Assembly (NCBI GenBank): GCA_963752285.1
Contig: CAVVXN010000004.1
Coordinates: forward strand, 96,001 to 160,000
Source: an uncultured Planctomycetota bacterium
Lineage (GTDB): Bacteria; Planctomycetota; PLA2; JAEUHO01
Length of the DNA: 64,000 nucleotides
Direction of reading: 5' to 3'
Made by a program: the position numbers and the translations under genes. This document shows positions 27,147 to 36,357 of the stretch, piece after piece. Under the pieces are notes generated by a model. That model searched no databases, was not told where the DNA came from, and saw only the letters and a program-made list of their open reading frames with translations. Positions within the stretch are counted from its first letter, which is position 1. Each line of letters opens with the position of its first letter.

Positions 27147-27743
27147 TTACGGGCGCCGGGCGAGGCTGTCCCTGGGTTTCGTCCTCACGGCCCGCTCGGC
27201 CCTGCGGATCGCCTCCCGGATCCGCGCGGACGGCCCGTCCACGCCGCGGCCCGCGTCGCCTCGGCCGAGGAGGTGGCAGATCGCCAGCGCGAGGGCGTCG
27301 GAGGCGTCCAGCGCCTCGGGCGCGGTCCGAAGTCCCAGGAGACGCACCACCATGGCCTGCACCTGCTCCTTCGTCGCGCGACCCGCGCCGGCGACCGCTC
27401 GCTTGACGACGTTGTTCGCGTAGCCCGTGGCCTCGACGCCCGCTTCGGCGACGACGACGAGCGCCGCGCCGCGCGCCTCCCCGAGCTTCAACGCCGCGCG
27501 GGCGTCGCGGCCGTGGAACGCCTCCTCGATGGCCGCCTCCGTCGGCGCGTATTCCCGGACGACCTCGCGCAGGCCGGCGGCGATCCGGGCGAGTCGCGTC
27601 GCGAGCGGCGCCTTCGCGTGCGGCGCGAGGACGCCGTGCCCGAGCGCGACGAAGGCGCGACCCCGCCGCTCGACGACGCCCCACCCGAGGAAGCGCGTAC
27701 CGGGATCGATGCCGAGGACGCGTACGATCTCCGATCGCGCCAT
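27147..27743 (-). CDS. ruvC: Crossover junction endodeoxyribonuclease RuvC
   Basis: VLGIDPG, AAIEE, LGEARG, VKRAVAGAGRATKEQV, DASDALALAICH. Confidence 0.96.
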   Translation of the reverse strand: MARSEIVRVLGIDPGTRFLGWGVVERRGRAFVALGHGVLAPHAKAPLATRLARIAAGLREVVREYAPTEAAIEEAFHGRDARAALKLGEARGAALVVVAEAGVEATGYANNVVKRAVAGAGRATKEQVQAMVVRLLGLRTAPEALDASDALALAICHLLGRGDAGRGVDGPSARIREAIRRAERAVRTKPRDSLARRP

Positions 27744-27761
27744 ACCACCATGCTAGTCCGC

Positions 27762-27986
27762 GTACGGAGCCAGAGCAATTCGTCCGAATCACGCTCCGCG
27801 GAACCGGTGTACGGAGCCAGAGCAATTTGTCCGAATCAGGCTCCGCGGAACGGCCGCTGTCTCGCGAGGGATCCGGTCGGGTCCCGACGAATGGCTCTCG
27901 CGGCCCGCCCGGCCGGCCAGCCGCTGCCCTTCTCGTGCCTGCGGGAGCCGTGGCGAGTCGGACAAATTGCTCTGGCTCCGCATGTA
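27762..27986. repeat. Two 43-bp direct repeats plus one inverted copy (MITE- or REP-like element)
   Basis: Copies at 27762-27804 and 27809-27851 (2 mismatches); 23-bp core CGGAGCCAGAGCAATTTGTCCGA recurs inverted at 27958-27980. Confidence 0.85.
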
Positions 27987-27998
27987 CTGGCTGGGGGA

Positions 27999-28691
27999 TT
28001 ACTCTTGTTGGAAGAGGCCCTCCGCGAGGCGTAGGTCGTCCGGCTCTGCGATTCGGAGGTTTGTGATCTCGCCGCGTACCGCGGTCACGGGGATGCCCGC
28101 CTGGAGCAGGAGCTCCGCCTCGTCGTCGAGGTCGGGACTCGGGCCGAAGAGTCCCGGCTCGCGTCGCCGGGCGAGTGCGCGGCGGAGCAGGTCGAGGCGC
28201 GCGGCCTGCGGCGACTGCGCGAGGCCCAGACGGGACCGGTCGAGGCTGCCCTCGAGACGGCTCGGGTGCGCGTCGTCGGCCGGGCTCACGGGGTGGACCG
28301 CGTCGCGGACGGGCGCGACCGGCGCGGCGGCGCCGTCGCGTCGTGCCGTGGCGAGCACGCGACGTACGAGGTCGGCGGTCGCGAGCGGGCGCGACGCGTC
28401 GTGCACGAGTACCACCTCGATGGTGTCGGGCAGCTGGGCGAGGCCGCGCTCCAGGCTCTCCACCCGCGTCGCGCCGCCCTCGACCTGGCGCGCGTGCGGC
28501 AGCAGCCGCTGGACCGCGCGCTGGTCCTCCTTCCGCGTCACGACGACCAGGGCGAGGCTCCGGACCGCGACCAGGAAGGGCGCGAGCGCGCGCACGATCA
28601 CGGGCTTGCCCGCGAGCGGCCGGAGCACCTTCGAGACCGGGCCTCCGAACCGGGCCGAAGGGCCGGCGGCGAGGAGCACGAGACCGTCCAC
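27999..28691 (-). CDS. ispD: IspD-family cytidylyltransferase (divergent)
   Basis: LAAG..ARFG...SK, GGATRVES, VLVHDASRP, AQSPQ, DDEA; TACCAT 6 nt upstream of GTG. Confidence 0.8.
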   Translation of the reverse strand: MDGLVLLAAGPSARFGGPVSKVLRPLAGKPVIVRALAPFLVAVRSLALVVVTRKEDQRAVQRLLPHARQVEGGATRVESLERGLAQLPDTIEVVLVHDASRPLATADLVRRVLATARRDGAAAPVAPVRDAVHPVSPADDAHPSRLEGSLDRSRLGLAQSPQAARLDLLRRALARRREPGLFGPSPDLDDEAELLLQAGIPVTAVRGEITNLRIAEPDDLRLAEGLFQQE

Positions 28692-28758
28692 GCCGGGATG
28701 GTACCGGAGGCGGCCCGCGGCGGCCGCATCCGAGGTGGCCGGACCGTACAATCCGCCG

Positions 28759-29262
28759 GTGCGCGTCGGGATCGGCTCCTACCTGCGTCCTCTCGAGCCC
28801 GGGCGCGTGCTCGTCCTGGGCGGCGTGAAGATCGAAGGCGCCTGGGGTTGTCGCGGACCGGGCGACGGCGACGTCCTCCTGCTCGCCGTCACCGACGCGC
28901 TCCTCGGCGCCGCGGGCCTCGGCGACCTCGAGGACCACCTCCCCGAGGAGGCGCGCGAGGTCCCGAGGCCGGGCGTACCCTCCGTCGCGACGCCGAGCGC
29001 CGTCCGGCTCGCGGAGGCGGGCGTCAAGGCGCGTGCCCGAGGGCTCGTCCCGGCGAACGTGGACGCCACCGTGGTCCTCGACCGGCCCGACGTCCGCCCC
29101 CACCGCCCGCGCATGGCTGCGCGGATCGCAGAGGTGCTCGGCGTGGACCCGAGCGCCGTGAACGTGAAGGCGGTCGCGCCGGGCGGCATCGGCGTGCCGG
29201 GGCGAGGCGAGGGGATCCTGGCCCACGCGGTGGTCCTCCTCGAGGACGTGGGGGGCCGGTGA
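28759..29262 (+). CDS. ispF: IspF-fold protein lacking catalytic metal ligands
   Basis: RVGIG, LVLGGV, DGDVLL.A.TDALLGAAGLGD, NVDATVV, VNVKA, GRGEGI; D8/H10/H42 equivalents are Y/R/L. Confidence 0.8.
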   Translation: MRVGIGSYLRPLEPGRVLVLGGVKIEGAWGCRGPGDGDVLLLAVTDALLGAAGLGDLEDHLPEEAREVPRPGVPSVATPSAVRLAEAGVKARARGLVPANVDATVVLDRPDVRPHRPRMAARIAEVLGVDPSAVNVKAVAPGGIGVPGRGEGILAHAVVLLEDVGGR

Positions 29263-29828
29263 GGGGCGTTCGACGCGCCGCCGTCCTCCTCCTCGCGCCG
29301 CTCCTCGGCGCGTGTACGACGAACCCCTCGGAGCCGAGCAGCGCCTCGTCCAAGGCCGACACCGTTCGTTCAATGGCCGTGAACGTGCTCACGCTCCGGC
29401 AGGGCACGGTGAGCGACCTCCGAGACCTCCGCGGGACGGGGCCGTTCCGCCGCTACGACGTGTCACCGGACCACCTGCTTCACGTCGTCGAGACCGCGGC
29501 GCACGAGGCGCGCGGCGCCGGCGGCCACCGCGTCGAGGGGGTCTGGGCCTCCGAGCGGCGCCTGGAGGTCATCGCGAAGGAGCGCGCCCCCGAGGACCAG
29601 GCGCGGACGTCCTACGACCTGCCCTGGCGCTCCGCGATGGTCGCGACGATCCACCGGGTCCCCGGCGAGCCGGGCGCGAGCCTCCTCGAGGTCCACGCGA
29701 AGGACCGCGGGCCGTTCGACCAGGGCGTGGTGCGGTGGGAGCGGGACCTCCCGCGCTGGATCGACGAGGTCCTCGACCGCGGGCGCCGCGGGGACGACGG
29801 CGAGAACGGGGTGCGGCCGCTGCGGTAG
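29259..29828 (+). CDS. Hypothetical lipoprotein
   Basis: Lipobox LLGAC; GTG overlaps the ispF stop (GTGA). Confidence 0.7.
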   Translation: MRGVRRAAVLLLAPLLGACTTNPSEPSSASSKADTVRSMAVNVLTLRQGTVSDLRDLRGTGPFRRYDVSPDHLLHVVETAAHEARGAGGHRVEGVWASERRLEVIAKERAPEDQARTSYDLPWRSAMVATIHRVPGEPGASLLEVHAKDRGPFDQGVVRWERDLPRWIDEVLDRGRRGDDGENGVRPLR

Positions 29829-29847
29829 CGGTGGACCGCGCGGGGCC

Positions 29848-31041
29848 CTACCGCTCGGCGTGGTCGGCGGCCGCCTGCTCGAGGCGCGCGGCGCGCTGCT
29901 CCATCAGGCGCTTCTCGTTCTCCTTCCACCACCGGTGCCACGCGCCGACGTCCTTTCCGAAGTCCTCTCCCGAGAGCTTCGCCATGGCGTTCGCGTACGC
30001 CGGGACCTCCAGCGCGTAGAAGGTCTGCTCGGTCGCGACCACCTTGACGGCCTGGACCGCGCCCTCCTGGAGGGTCCCGACGATCGGGTCGGCGATGAAC
30101 GAGGTCTGCGCCACCTCCACGTCGAAGTCCTGGATGTACGAGATCTGCCGGATCGACGCGAAATAGGCCCGCGGGAAGTCGCCGCTCCGCTTCTCCCACT
30201 TGACCAGGACGTACCCCATGCCGAGCTCGTCGCCGAGGGTCGCGATGGCTTCCGCCGCGTGCGCGCGGACCTCGGCGTATCGACTGTCGAGCGCGCGCCC
30301 CAGGGGGTAGATCGTAGACGGCGCGCCGATCTCGCGCAGCGCGAGCGCGCACTCGTGGCGCACGTCCGCGTCGGGGTCCTCCACCGCGCGCTTCAGGAGC
30401 GCGGGGACGGCCAGCGGGTCCGCGAGTCGAGCGAGCGTGCGCGCGGCGAACACCCGGAGCGACGCGGGCTTGCACCGGAGGGCCTTGGCGAGGGGCGCGA
30501 GTAGGAACCGCGCGTCCTCGAGGCCGATCTGCCGGGCCGCCTCGCGCACGCGCTCCGGCCGCTCGGACGAGATCATCCCGAGGAGACCCATCACGTGCTC
30601 CTCGCCGGCGCGCTGCGCCGCGGCCTCGCGTTCGGGACGTGTGGCGGCCGCGAACTCCTCGGCCGTCAGCCACCGGCCCGCATGGTGCACGAAGCCCTTC
30701 GCGCGCCAGAGGTCGTCGCCCTCCAGCCACCGCCCGTCCACCTGCTCGAAGCCCAGCGCGCGCCGCGCGGCGGGGTGGTCGGGGTCGGCCTCGATCACCC
30801 GGGCGAACGCCTTCTTGGCGAGATCGTCGAGACCCGCGGCCTGCGCCTCGAGCGCCAGCCGGTACGCGGAAGGCGCGACCTCGGCGTCCGCGACGTCGTC
30901 CAGGGCCTGGAGACGCTGCTCGATCGACGCGCGCGCGGCGGTCGGCGTGTCGGTCGGGGGCGTCGCGTCGCCCGCCAAGGCGACGACGGGGAGGAGGAGG
31001 AGGAGCAGGAGCGAGGCGAGGAGGCAGGCGCGGCGGACCAT
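29848..31041 (-). CDS. Secreted HEAT-repeat protein
   Basis: GGAGG SD, poly-Leu signal peptide, DPDHPAARRALG..VDGRW motif, HEAT repeats (EDPDADVRHECALAL). Confidence 0.8.
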   Translation of the reverse strand: MVRRACLLASLLLLLLLPVVALAGDATPPTDTPTAARASIEQRLQALDDVADAEVAPSAYRLALEAQAAGLDDLAKKAFARVIEADPDHPAARRALGFEQVDGRWLEGDDLWRAKGFVHHAGRWLTAEEFAAATRPEREAAAQRAGEEHVMGLLGMISSERPERVREAARQIGLEDARFLLAPLAKALRCKPASLRVFAARTLARLADPLAVPALLKRAVEDPDADVRHECALALREIGAPSTIYPLGRALDSRYAEVRAHAAEAIATLGDELGMGYVLVKWEKRSGDFPRAYFASIRQISYIQDFDVEVAQTSFIADPIVGTLQEGAVQAVKVVATEQTFYALEVPAYANAMAKLSGEDFGKDVGAWHRWWKENEKRLMEQRAARLEQAAADHAER

Positions 31042-31142
31042 CTCGAACCTCCGGCGGGGCATCTTCGCCCCGAGGTGAGAACGCGTGCGCGGCGGGGTCG
31101 GAATCCGCGCGGACCGTCCCCCGCCGGGCGGGGCGCGCCGGG

Positions 31143-31973
31143 TCAGTCCTTGAGCGAGAAGTCGCGGCGCGCGGTCCGCCAGGCGCCGAGCGAGAGGGCC
31201 ACGGCCGCGATCACGAGCAGCGTCACCACGGACTCGCCGGGGCTGGACGCGGTGACCCCGATCGGCACGAGTTCCACCGACGCCTGGGGGCCGTGCACCA
31301 CCGGGAGGACGCCCGCCGTCAGATGGTCGTGGACCGCGCGGACGTGGAACATCACGGAGTACTTCTGCATCGCCCCCGGAACGCTGGAGAGGAGCGTCTC
31401 GATCACGAAGGTGTACACGAGCCCCGCGATCAACCCGTGCTTGAAGAGCGCGCCGAGCGCGTAGTAGATCGAGCCGAGCGCGAGGCTCGCGAGGACGGCC
31501 GTGACGGGGATCGACCACGCCGCAGTGCCCGTCGGCGCGACGCCGCTCGCGAGCCACAGGACGAGGAGCACGGCCACCGACACCACCGCGGCGGGGATCC
31601 AGCCGGCCAGGAACCGCACGACGAAGAACGTCGCCCGGCGGACGGGCCGCGCGAGGACGTAGACCAGCGTCCGCCCGTGGACCTCCATCGCGTACCCCTC
31701 GCTCGCCAGGAAGAGCGCGACGAGGGGGAGCCCGAACGTGAGGATCGCCCGGTCGAGCACGCGGGCGAGCTCGCGGGCCGGGTGGTGCGCGCGCGCGACC
31801 TGGCCGCCGAGCAGGAGCGCGAGCCCGCAGGCGACGCCTCCGAAGATCAGGACGCGGCGCCAGCGCACTACGCGCACCAGGCCCCAGCCGAAGGCCGGCG
31901 CGAAGCCCGCGAGCGGACCGAAGCGCCGACGACGTTCGGGCAGGAGGTCGGGATGGGCCGGGGCGTCGTTCAT
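31143..31973 (-). CDS. ABC-2 type transporter permease
   Basis: Multiple TM helices; EVHGRTLVYVLARPV motif. Confidence 0.8.
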   Translation of the reverse strand: MNDAPAHPDLLPERRRRFGPLAGFAPAFGWGLVRVVRWRRVLIFGGVACGLALLLGGQVARAHHPARELARVLDRAILTFGLPLVALFLASEGYAMEVHGRTLVYVLARPVRRATFFVVRFLAGWIPAAVVSVAVLLVLWLASGVAPTGTAAWSIPVTAVLASLALGSIYYALGALFKHGLIAGLVYTFVIETLLSSVPGAMQKYSVMFHVRAVHDHLTAGVLPVVHGPQASVELVPIGVTASSPGESVVTLLVIAAVALSLGAWRTARRDFSLKD

Positions 31974-32890
31974 CGGGTGAGGTAGCGGAAGACCGCCTCC
32001 AGGTCCTCGTCCACCGGCTCGACCGAGGCGAGGGCGAGCCCGCCGTCCTTCGCGGCCTGTGCGAGTCGGTCGAAGAGCCGGTCGGGCTGGGTCGTGCGGC
32101 ACTCGACCTGGTCGACGCGGATCTCGATGTGGCGCACACCGTCCGTCTCCGCGAGGAGCGCGGCGAGGCGCCGCGGGGCGCCCGTGCCGACGCGCACCGT
32201 GAGCGGCTGGTCGTCGAGGCCCGCGCGGATCTCGGCGACCGTCCCCTCCGCGAGCACGCGGCCCGCGTGGAGCAGGAGTACGCGGCGCGCGAGGCCTTCG
32301 ACCTCCGGGAGGATGTGGCTCGAGACGAGTACGACCTTGCCCTCTCGTCCGAGCTCCGAGATCAGCGAGCCCATGTCGCGTCGGCCGGGCGGATCGAGTC
32401 CGTTCAGCGGCTCGTCGAGGACCAGGACGTCCGGGTCGTGCGCGAGGGCCTGTGCGAGCTTCGCGCGCTGGCGCATGCCCTTCGAGAAGCCGGCCGCGCT
32501 CCGGTCGAGCACGTGCCCCAGCCCGACGCGCTCCAACGCGCGGGTGGCGCGCGCCGCGGCCTCGCGACGCGTGAAGCCCTGCAGGCGCGTCAGATACGTG
32601 ACGACCGCGAGGATCGGCACCCCCGCGTAGACCGCATCCTGCTCGGGGCAGAGCCCGAGGCGGCGGAGCACCTCGGGGTTGTCGAAGGGGTCCTCGCCGG
32701 CCACGCGAACGCGCCCGAGGCTGGGCCGGAGCATGCCGGTCACGAGCTTCATGAGCGTGCTCTTGCCCGCCCCGTTGGGCCCGAGGAGCCCGTGCACGCC
32801 CGGCTCGAAGGTGGCCGTCACCTCGTTCAGGCCGAGGACCTCCCCGTACCACTTGCTCGCGGCCTCGAGGCGGATCTCGGGGGCGCTCAC
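31970..32890 (-). CDS. ABC transporter ATP-binding protein
   Basis: GPNGAGKST, FSKGMRQR, LVLDEP, VSSH. Confidence 0.95.
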   Translation of the reverse strand: MSAPEIRLEAASKWYGEVLGLNEVTATFEPGVHGLLGPNGAGKSTLMKLVTGMLRPSLGRVRVAGEDPFDNPEVLRRLGLCPEQDAVYAGVPILAVVTYLTRLQGFTRREAAARATRALERVGLGHVLDRSAAGFSKGMRQRAKLAQALAHDPDVLVLDEPLNGLDPPGRRDMGSLISELGREGKVVLVSSHILPEVEGLARRVLLLHAGRVLAEGTVAEIRAGLDDQPLTVRVGTGAPRRLAALLAETDGVRHIEIRVDQVECRTTQPDRLFDRLAQAAKDGGLALASVEPVDEDLEAVFRYLTR

Positions 32891-33813
32891 GAGACGACCT
32901 CCACCGAGCGCACGCGGCTCCAGGCGGTCCAGATCCCGAAGAGGAGGAGGCCGAACGCGGCCACCAGGACCTCGGTTCGTCCGAGGAGCGGCTGCCACAG
33001 GAAGGGCGCCGTGTGCTCGCGCGCGTGCCAGAGGAAGGTCGTGAGCGTGTCGCGCGGGAGGTCGAGGAAGAGGAACACGTCCGCGAGGCCGCCGTGCACG
33101 GACCCGCCGGCGGCCAGCTCGCCGAGCATCACGCCGAGGATCAGAACGGCCGCCGCGGAGATCGTCACCGCGGCGCGACGCGTGCTCCGGGACGAGAGCA
33201 CCAGGATCAGGCCCGTGTAGACGGCCGAGGCGACCGCGTAGTGCTCGAAGATGCGGTACAGGACGTCGAGGTGGCCGCCGAGGAAGGGGAGCGTCTCGCC
33301 GGGCGGACGCCAGAGGCCCGTCAGGAGGAAGAGGAACGCCCCGGGGACGAGGATCGCGACCGCGAGGATGCCCGGTACGACGAGCGCCTTCCCCATCACG
33401 TAGCCGATCGCGGAGATCGGCCGCACGAGGTAGAGCGCGAGCGCGCCGGTCCCGAGGTCGTCGGACACCAGGCCGGATCCGACGAAGACGGCCAGCAGGG
33501 CCGTCAACACGGCGACCCCGGTGAAGAACATCTCGAGCGTGCGGTCCAGGTGCAGCAACGCGACCGCGTCGTCCGTGGGCGCGCTGGAACCCCGCAGGCC
33601 GAAGAGCCCACGCTGCATCATGCCCGGCGTGGCGACGCTGAGGTACAGCGTCACGCACGCGACGAAGAGCCAGCCGAGATAGAGCACGCCGAGTCGCCGG
33701 AACGCGCGACGACGCAGGGCGATGCCGAGACCCTGGGACGCGATCACGCCCGTCGTCCACGGGCGGCCGAGCGTGCCGCCGAAGCGCCGGTATCCGCGGG
33801 CGTGGACCGTCAC
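32887..33813 (-). CDS. ABC-2 type transporter permease
   Basis: TM helices; VSDDLGTGALALYLVRPISAIGYVMGK. Confidence 0.8.
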   Translation of the reverse strand: MTVHARGYRRFGGTLGRPWTTGVIASQGLGIALRRRAFRRLGVLYLGWLFVACVTLYLSVATPGMMQRGLFGLRGSSAPTDDAVALLHLDRTLEMFFTGVAVLTALLAVFVGSGLVSDDLGTGALALYLVRPISAIGYVMGKALVVPGILAVAILVPGAFLFLLTGLWRPPGETLPFLGGHLDVLYRIFEHYAVASAVYTGLILVLSSRSTRRAAVTISAAAVLILGVMLGELAAGGSVHGGLADVFLFLDLPRDTLTTFLWHAREHTAPFLWQPLLGRTEVLVAAFGLLLFGIWTAWSRVRSVEVVS

Positions 33814-34769
33814 GACCTCCCCTCCGGCCCGGGGGGCGCGAGGAGCTCGTGGAACGCGTGCTCGAGGCTCGCCGCGCTCGGGACCAGGCGGCGCACCCGC
33901 GCGTCGGTCTCCGTCGAGAGACGGAGCACGTCGGCCGGCTGGAGGTCGGGCGGGAGCACGACCTCGACGATCGCGTGCTCGAGGGTGCCCCGAGGGGCGT
34001 CGTCCCTCGGCGCCGCGCGTTCGATGCCGGCGGCGGAGAGACGCCGGAAGAACGCGTCCCGGTCGCCGTCCACCTCGACGAGGCAGCGACCGCGCGCCCG
34101 CTCGAGGTCCGCGAGGCGCAGCGTGCCGCGCGAGCGCCCCTGGTGCAGCACCACCACCTGGTCGGCCACCTTCTGCACCTCGGGCAGGATGTGCGAGGAC
34201 CACACGACGTGCTTCGCGTGGTCGTGGGCGAGCGTGGTGACCAGCAGGAGGAGCTCGTCCCGGCCCTGCGGGTCGAGGCCCCCGAGGGGCTCGTCGAGGA
34301 AGAGCACCTCGGGATCGTGCACGATCGCCTGCGCGAGCTTGAACCGCTGCCGCATGCCCGCCGAGTACTCGCGGATCTCGCGGTAGACCGCCTCGCCGAG
34401 ACCCACGTGCCAGAGGACCTCGTGGGCGCGGCGGAGCGACTCCGCGCGCGACAGCCCCGAGAGTCGGCCCAGGTGGCGGACCGCGCGGATCGCGGTCATG
34501 TCGGCGATCCACGCGTCGGCCTCGGGCACGAACCCGACGCGCCGCCGCACCTCGCGCGCGTCGGCGCGCGCGTCGATGCCCAGCACGCGGACCTCGCCGG
34601 TGAAGCCCCGCAGGAGTCCGAGGACACAGAGGAGGAGCGTGGACTTGCCCGCGCCGTTCGGTCCGAGCAGCCCCGTGACGCCCGGGCCCACGTCGAGCGA
34701 GACGTCGGAGAGCGCGAGCACGTGGCCGTACCGCTTGGTGAGGTGTCGGACCTCCACGACGTTCGTCAC
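33810..34769 (-). CDS. ABC transporter ATP-binding protein
   Basis: GPNGAGKST, YSAGMRQR, LFLDEP, SSH. Confidence 0.95.
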   Translation of the reverse strand: MTNVVEVRHLTKRYGHVLALSDVSLDVGPGVTGLLGPNGAGKSTLLLCVLGLLRGFTGEVRVLGIDARADAREVRRRVGFVPEADAWIADMTAIRAVRHLGRLSGLSRAESLRRAHEVLWHVGLGEAVYREIREYSAGMRQRFKLAQAIVHDPEVLFLDEPLGGLDPQGRDELLLLVTTLAHDHAKHVVWSSHILPEVQKVADQVVVLHQGRSRGTLRLADLERARGRCLVEVDGDRDAFFRRLSAAGIERAAPRDDAPRGTLEHAIVEVVLPPDLQPADVLRLSTETDARVRRLVPSAASLEHAFHELLAPPGPEGRS

Positions 34770-35626
34770 GCGCCGTCCCCCGTCGGGGACGCACCCGGCG
34801 TCGCCGGCACGCCGAATCGCTCCCGGTACGTCTGGAGGATGGCCGCCGCGGTCTCCTCGACCGCGCGGTCGGTGGTGTCGAACACCGTCCACTCGGGGTG
34901 GTCGCGGAAGATGCGGCGCGCCCACGCCAGCTCCTCGCGCACCGCGCGCGGGTCGGCGTACGGGTCGTTGTCGCGCACGCCCAGCGCCTCGACGCGGCGC
35001 CGGCGGATGTTGGCCAGGGTCGCGGGGTCCACGACGAGCGCGAAGACGCGCCGGGGATCGACCTCGTCCAGCTCGTGGGGGGGCGGGATGTCCTTGACGA
35101 GGGGGACGTTCGCGACACGGTAGCCACGGTGCGCGATGTAGTTCGAGAGCGGCGTCTTGCTGGTCCGGCTCACGCCGACGAGGACGAGGTCGGCCTTGGA
35201 GAGGTTCCGCGGCAGGCGCCCGTCGTCGTTGTGTACGGCGAACTCCACGGCTTCGATCCGGCGGAAGTACGCCTCGTCCGTCTCGTGCCCGAGGCCGGGC
35301 ACGGCGAGGGGCTTCCGGTGGAAGTGCCGGGAGAGCTCGAGGATCAGGCCCGAGAGCAGGTCCACCGCGATCACGCCCTGCTTCGGCGCGAGGTCCTTGA
35401 GGAGCGCGCGCTGCTTGGGGTCCACGAGCGTGTAGACGACGATCGCTTCCTCCACCTTCGCCCGGCGCAGGACCGCGCGGAGCGACGCCTCGTCACGGAC
35501 CCGCCCGAACACGAGCGTCCGCACGTCGTCGCGGGCGCCGAACTGTGCGAGCGCCGCCCGGATCGCCTGCTCGGCGGTCTCGCCCGTGGAGTCGCTCAAG
35601 GCGAAGACGACGCCCGGCTCGCTCAT
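34766..35626 (-). CDS. ppsR: PEP synthase / pyruvate phosphate dikinase regulatory protein (DUF299)
   Basis: SDSTGETAE, YFRRIEAVEFAVHNDDG, GVSRTSKTP, VANVPLV. Confidence 0.93.
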   Translation of the reverse strand: MSEPGVVFALSDSTGETAEQAIRAALAQFGARDDVRTLVFGRVRDEASLRAVLRRAKVEEAIVVYTLVDPKQRALLKDLAPKQGVIAVDLLSGLILELSRHFHRKPLAVPGLGHETDEAYFRRIEAVEFAVHNDDGRLPRNLSKADLVLVGVSRTSKTPLSNYIAHRGYRVANVPLVKDIPPPHELDEVDPRRVFALVVDPATLANIRRRRVEALGVRDNDPYADPRAVREELAWARRIFRDHPEWTVFDTTDRAVEETAAAILQTYRERFGVPATPGASPTGDGA

Positions 35627-36057
35627 CCGGCGGGCCTCCCCTGCGGGTCCGCGGGGGTCCCCACCCAGACCGCGCCGTCCTCGAAGTGCTCCTTCTTCCA
35701 GATCGGCACGTCCTGCTTCAGGCGCGCGACGAACTCGTCCACCGCCCGCAGCGCGGCGTGACGGTGCGGCGCGGACGTCGCGACCACGACCGCGGTCTCG
35801 CCGAGAGCGAGAGGTCCGGTCCGATGGACGCACGCGATGGCCGTGAGCCCGTGCCCGCGGGCGACCTCCTCGCCGATCGAGGCGAGGAGGGCCTCCGCCA
35901 TGGGCGTGTACGCCTCGTACTCGAGGTGCGTCACCCGCCGGCCCTCCGTCGCGTCCCGGACCGTGCCGTGGAAGACCACGACGGCGCCCGCGCCGGTCGT
36001 GGCGACGGCGCGGCGAACCTCGTCCGCGTCGATGGGGCCCGGCGTCACCCGGAACAC
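35623..36057 (-). CDS. moaE: Molybdopterin synthase catalytic subunit
   Basis: GAVVVFHGTVR, LEYEAY, HRTG, SAPHR, VPIWKKE. Confidence 0.95.
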   Translation of the reverse strand: MFRVTPGPIDADEVRRAVATTGAGAVVVFHGTVRDATEGRRVTHLEYEAYTPMAEALLASIGEEVARGHGLTAIACVHRTGPLALGETAVVVATSAPHRHAALRAVDEFVARLKQDVPIWKKEHFEDGAVWVGTPADPQGRPAG

Positions 36058-36058
36058 G

Positions 36059-36298
36059 TCAACCTCCGCTCACGGGCGGGATGACGGCCACGACGTCCCC
36101 GTCGGCGACCCGCTGCTCGGGGGGCGCGAAGCGCTCGCCGAGGGCGAGTCGGAGCGAGAGGCCCCCGAGGCCGGGGTGTCGCGACGCGAGCGCCGCGCGG
36201 ACGTCGGACAGACGCGCACCCTCCGGGACCTCGACGGGCTCGGAGGCGCGCCCGGCGATCTCCCGGGCGGCGGCGAAGTAGCGGATCGTGAGGTGCAT
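36059..36298 (-). CDS. moaD: Molybdopterin synthase sulfur carrier
   Basis: YFAAAREIAG; C-terminal IPPVSGG. Confidence 0.95.
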   Translation of the reverse strand: MHLTIRYFAAAREIAGRASEPVEVPEGARLSDVRAALASRHPGLGGLSLRLALGERFAPPEQRVADGDVVAVIPPVSGG

Positions 36299-36357
36299 GG
36301 GCGTGGGGAGCGTCGTTCCGATCGGGTCGGGCTCCCGGGAAGACTACCATCGGCGGG

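Noticed and set aside
27762..27986. Possible CRISPR mini-array
   Set aside because: Only 4 nt between the direct copies, the third copy is inverted, and there are no cas genes in the window
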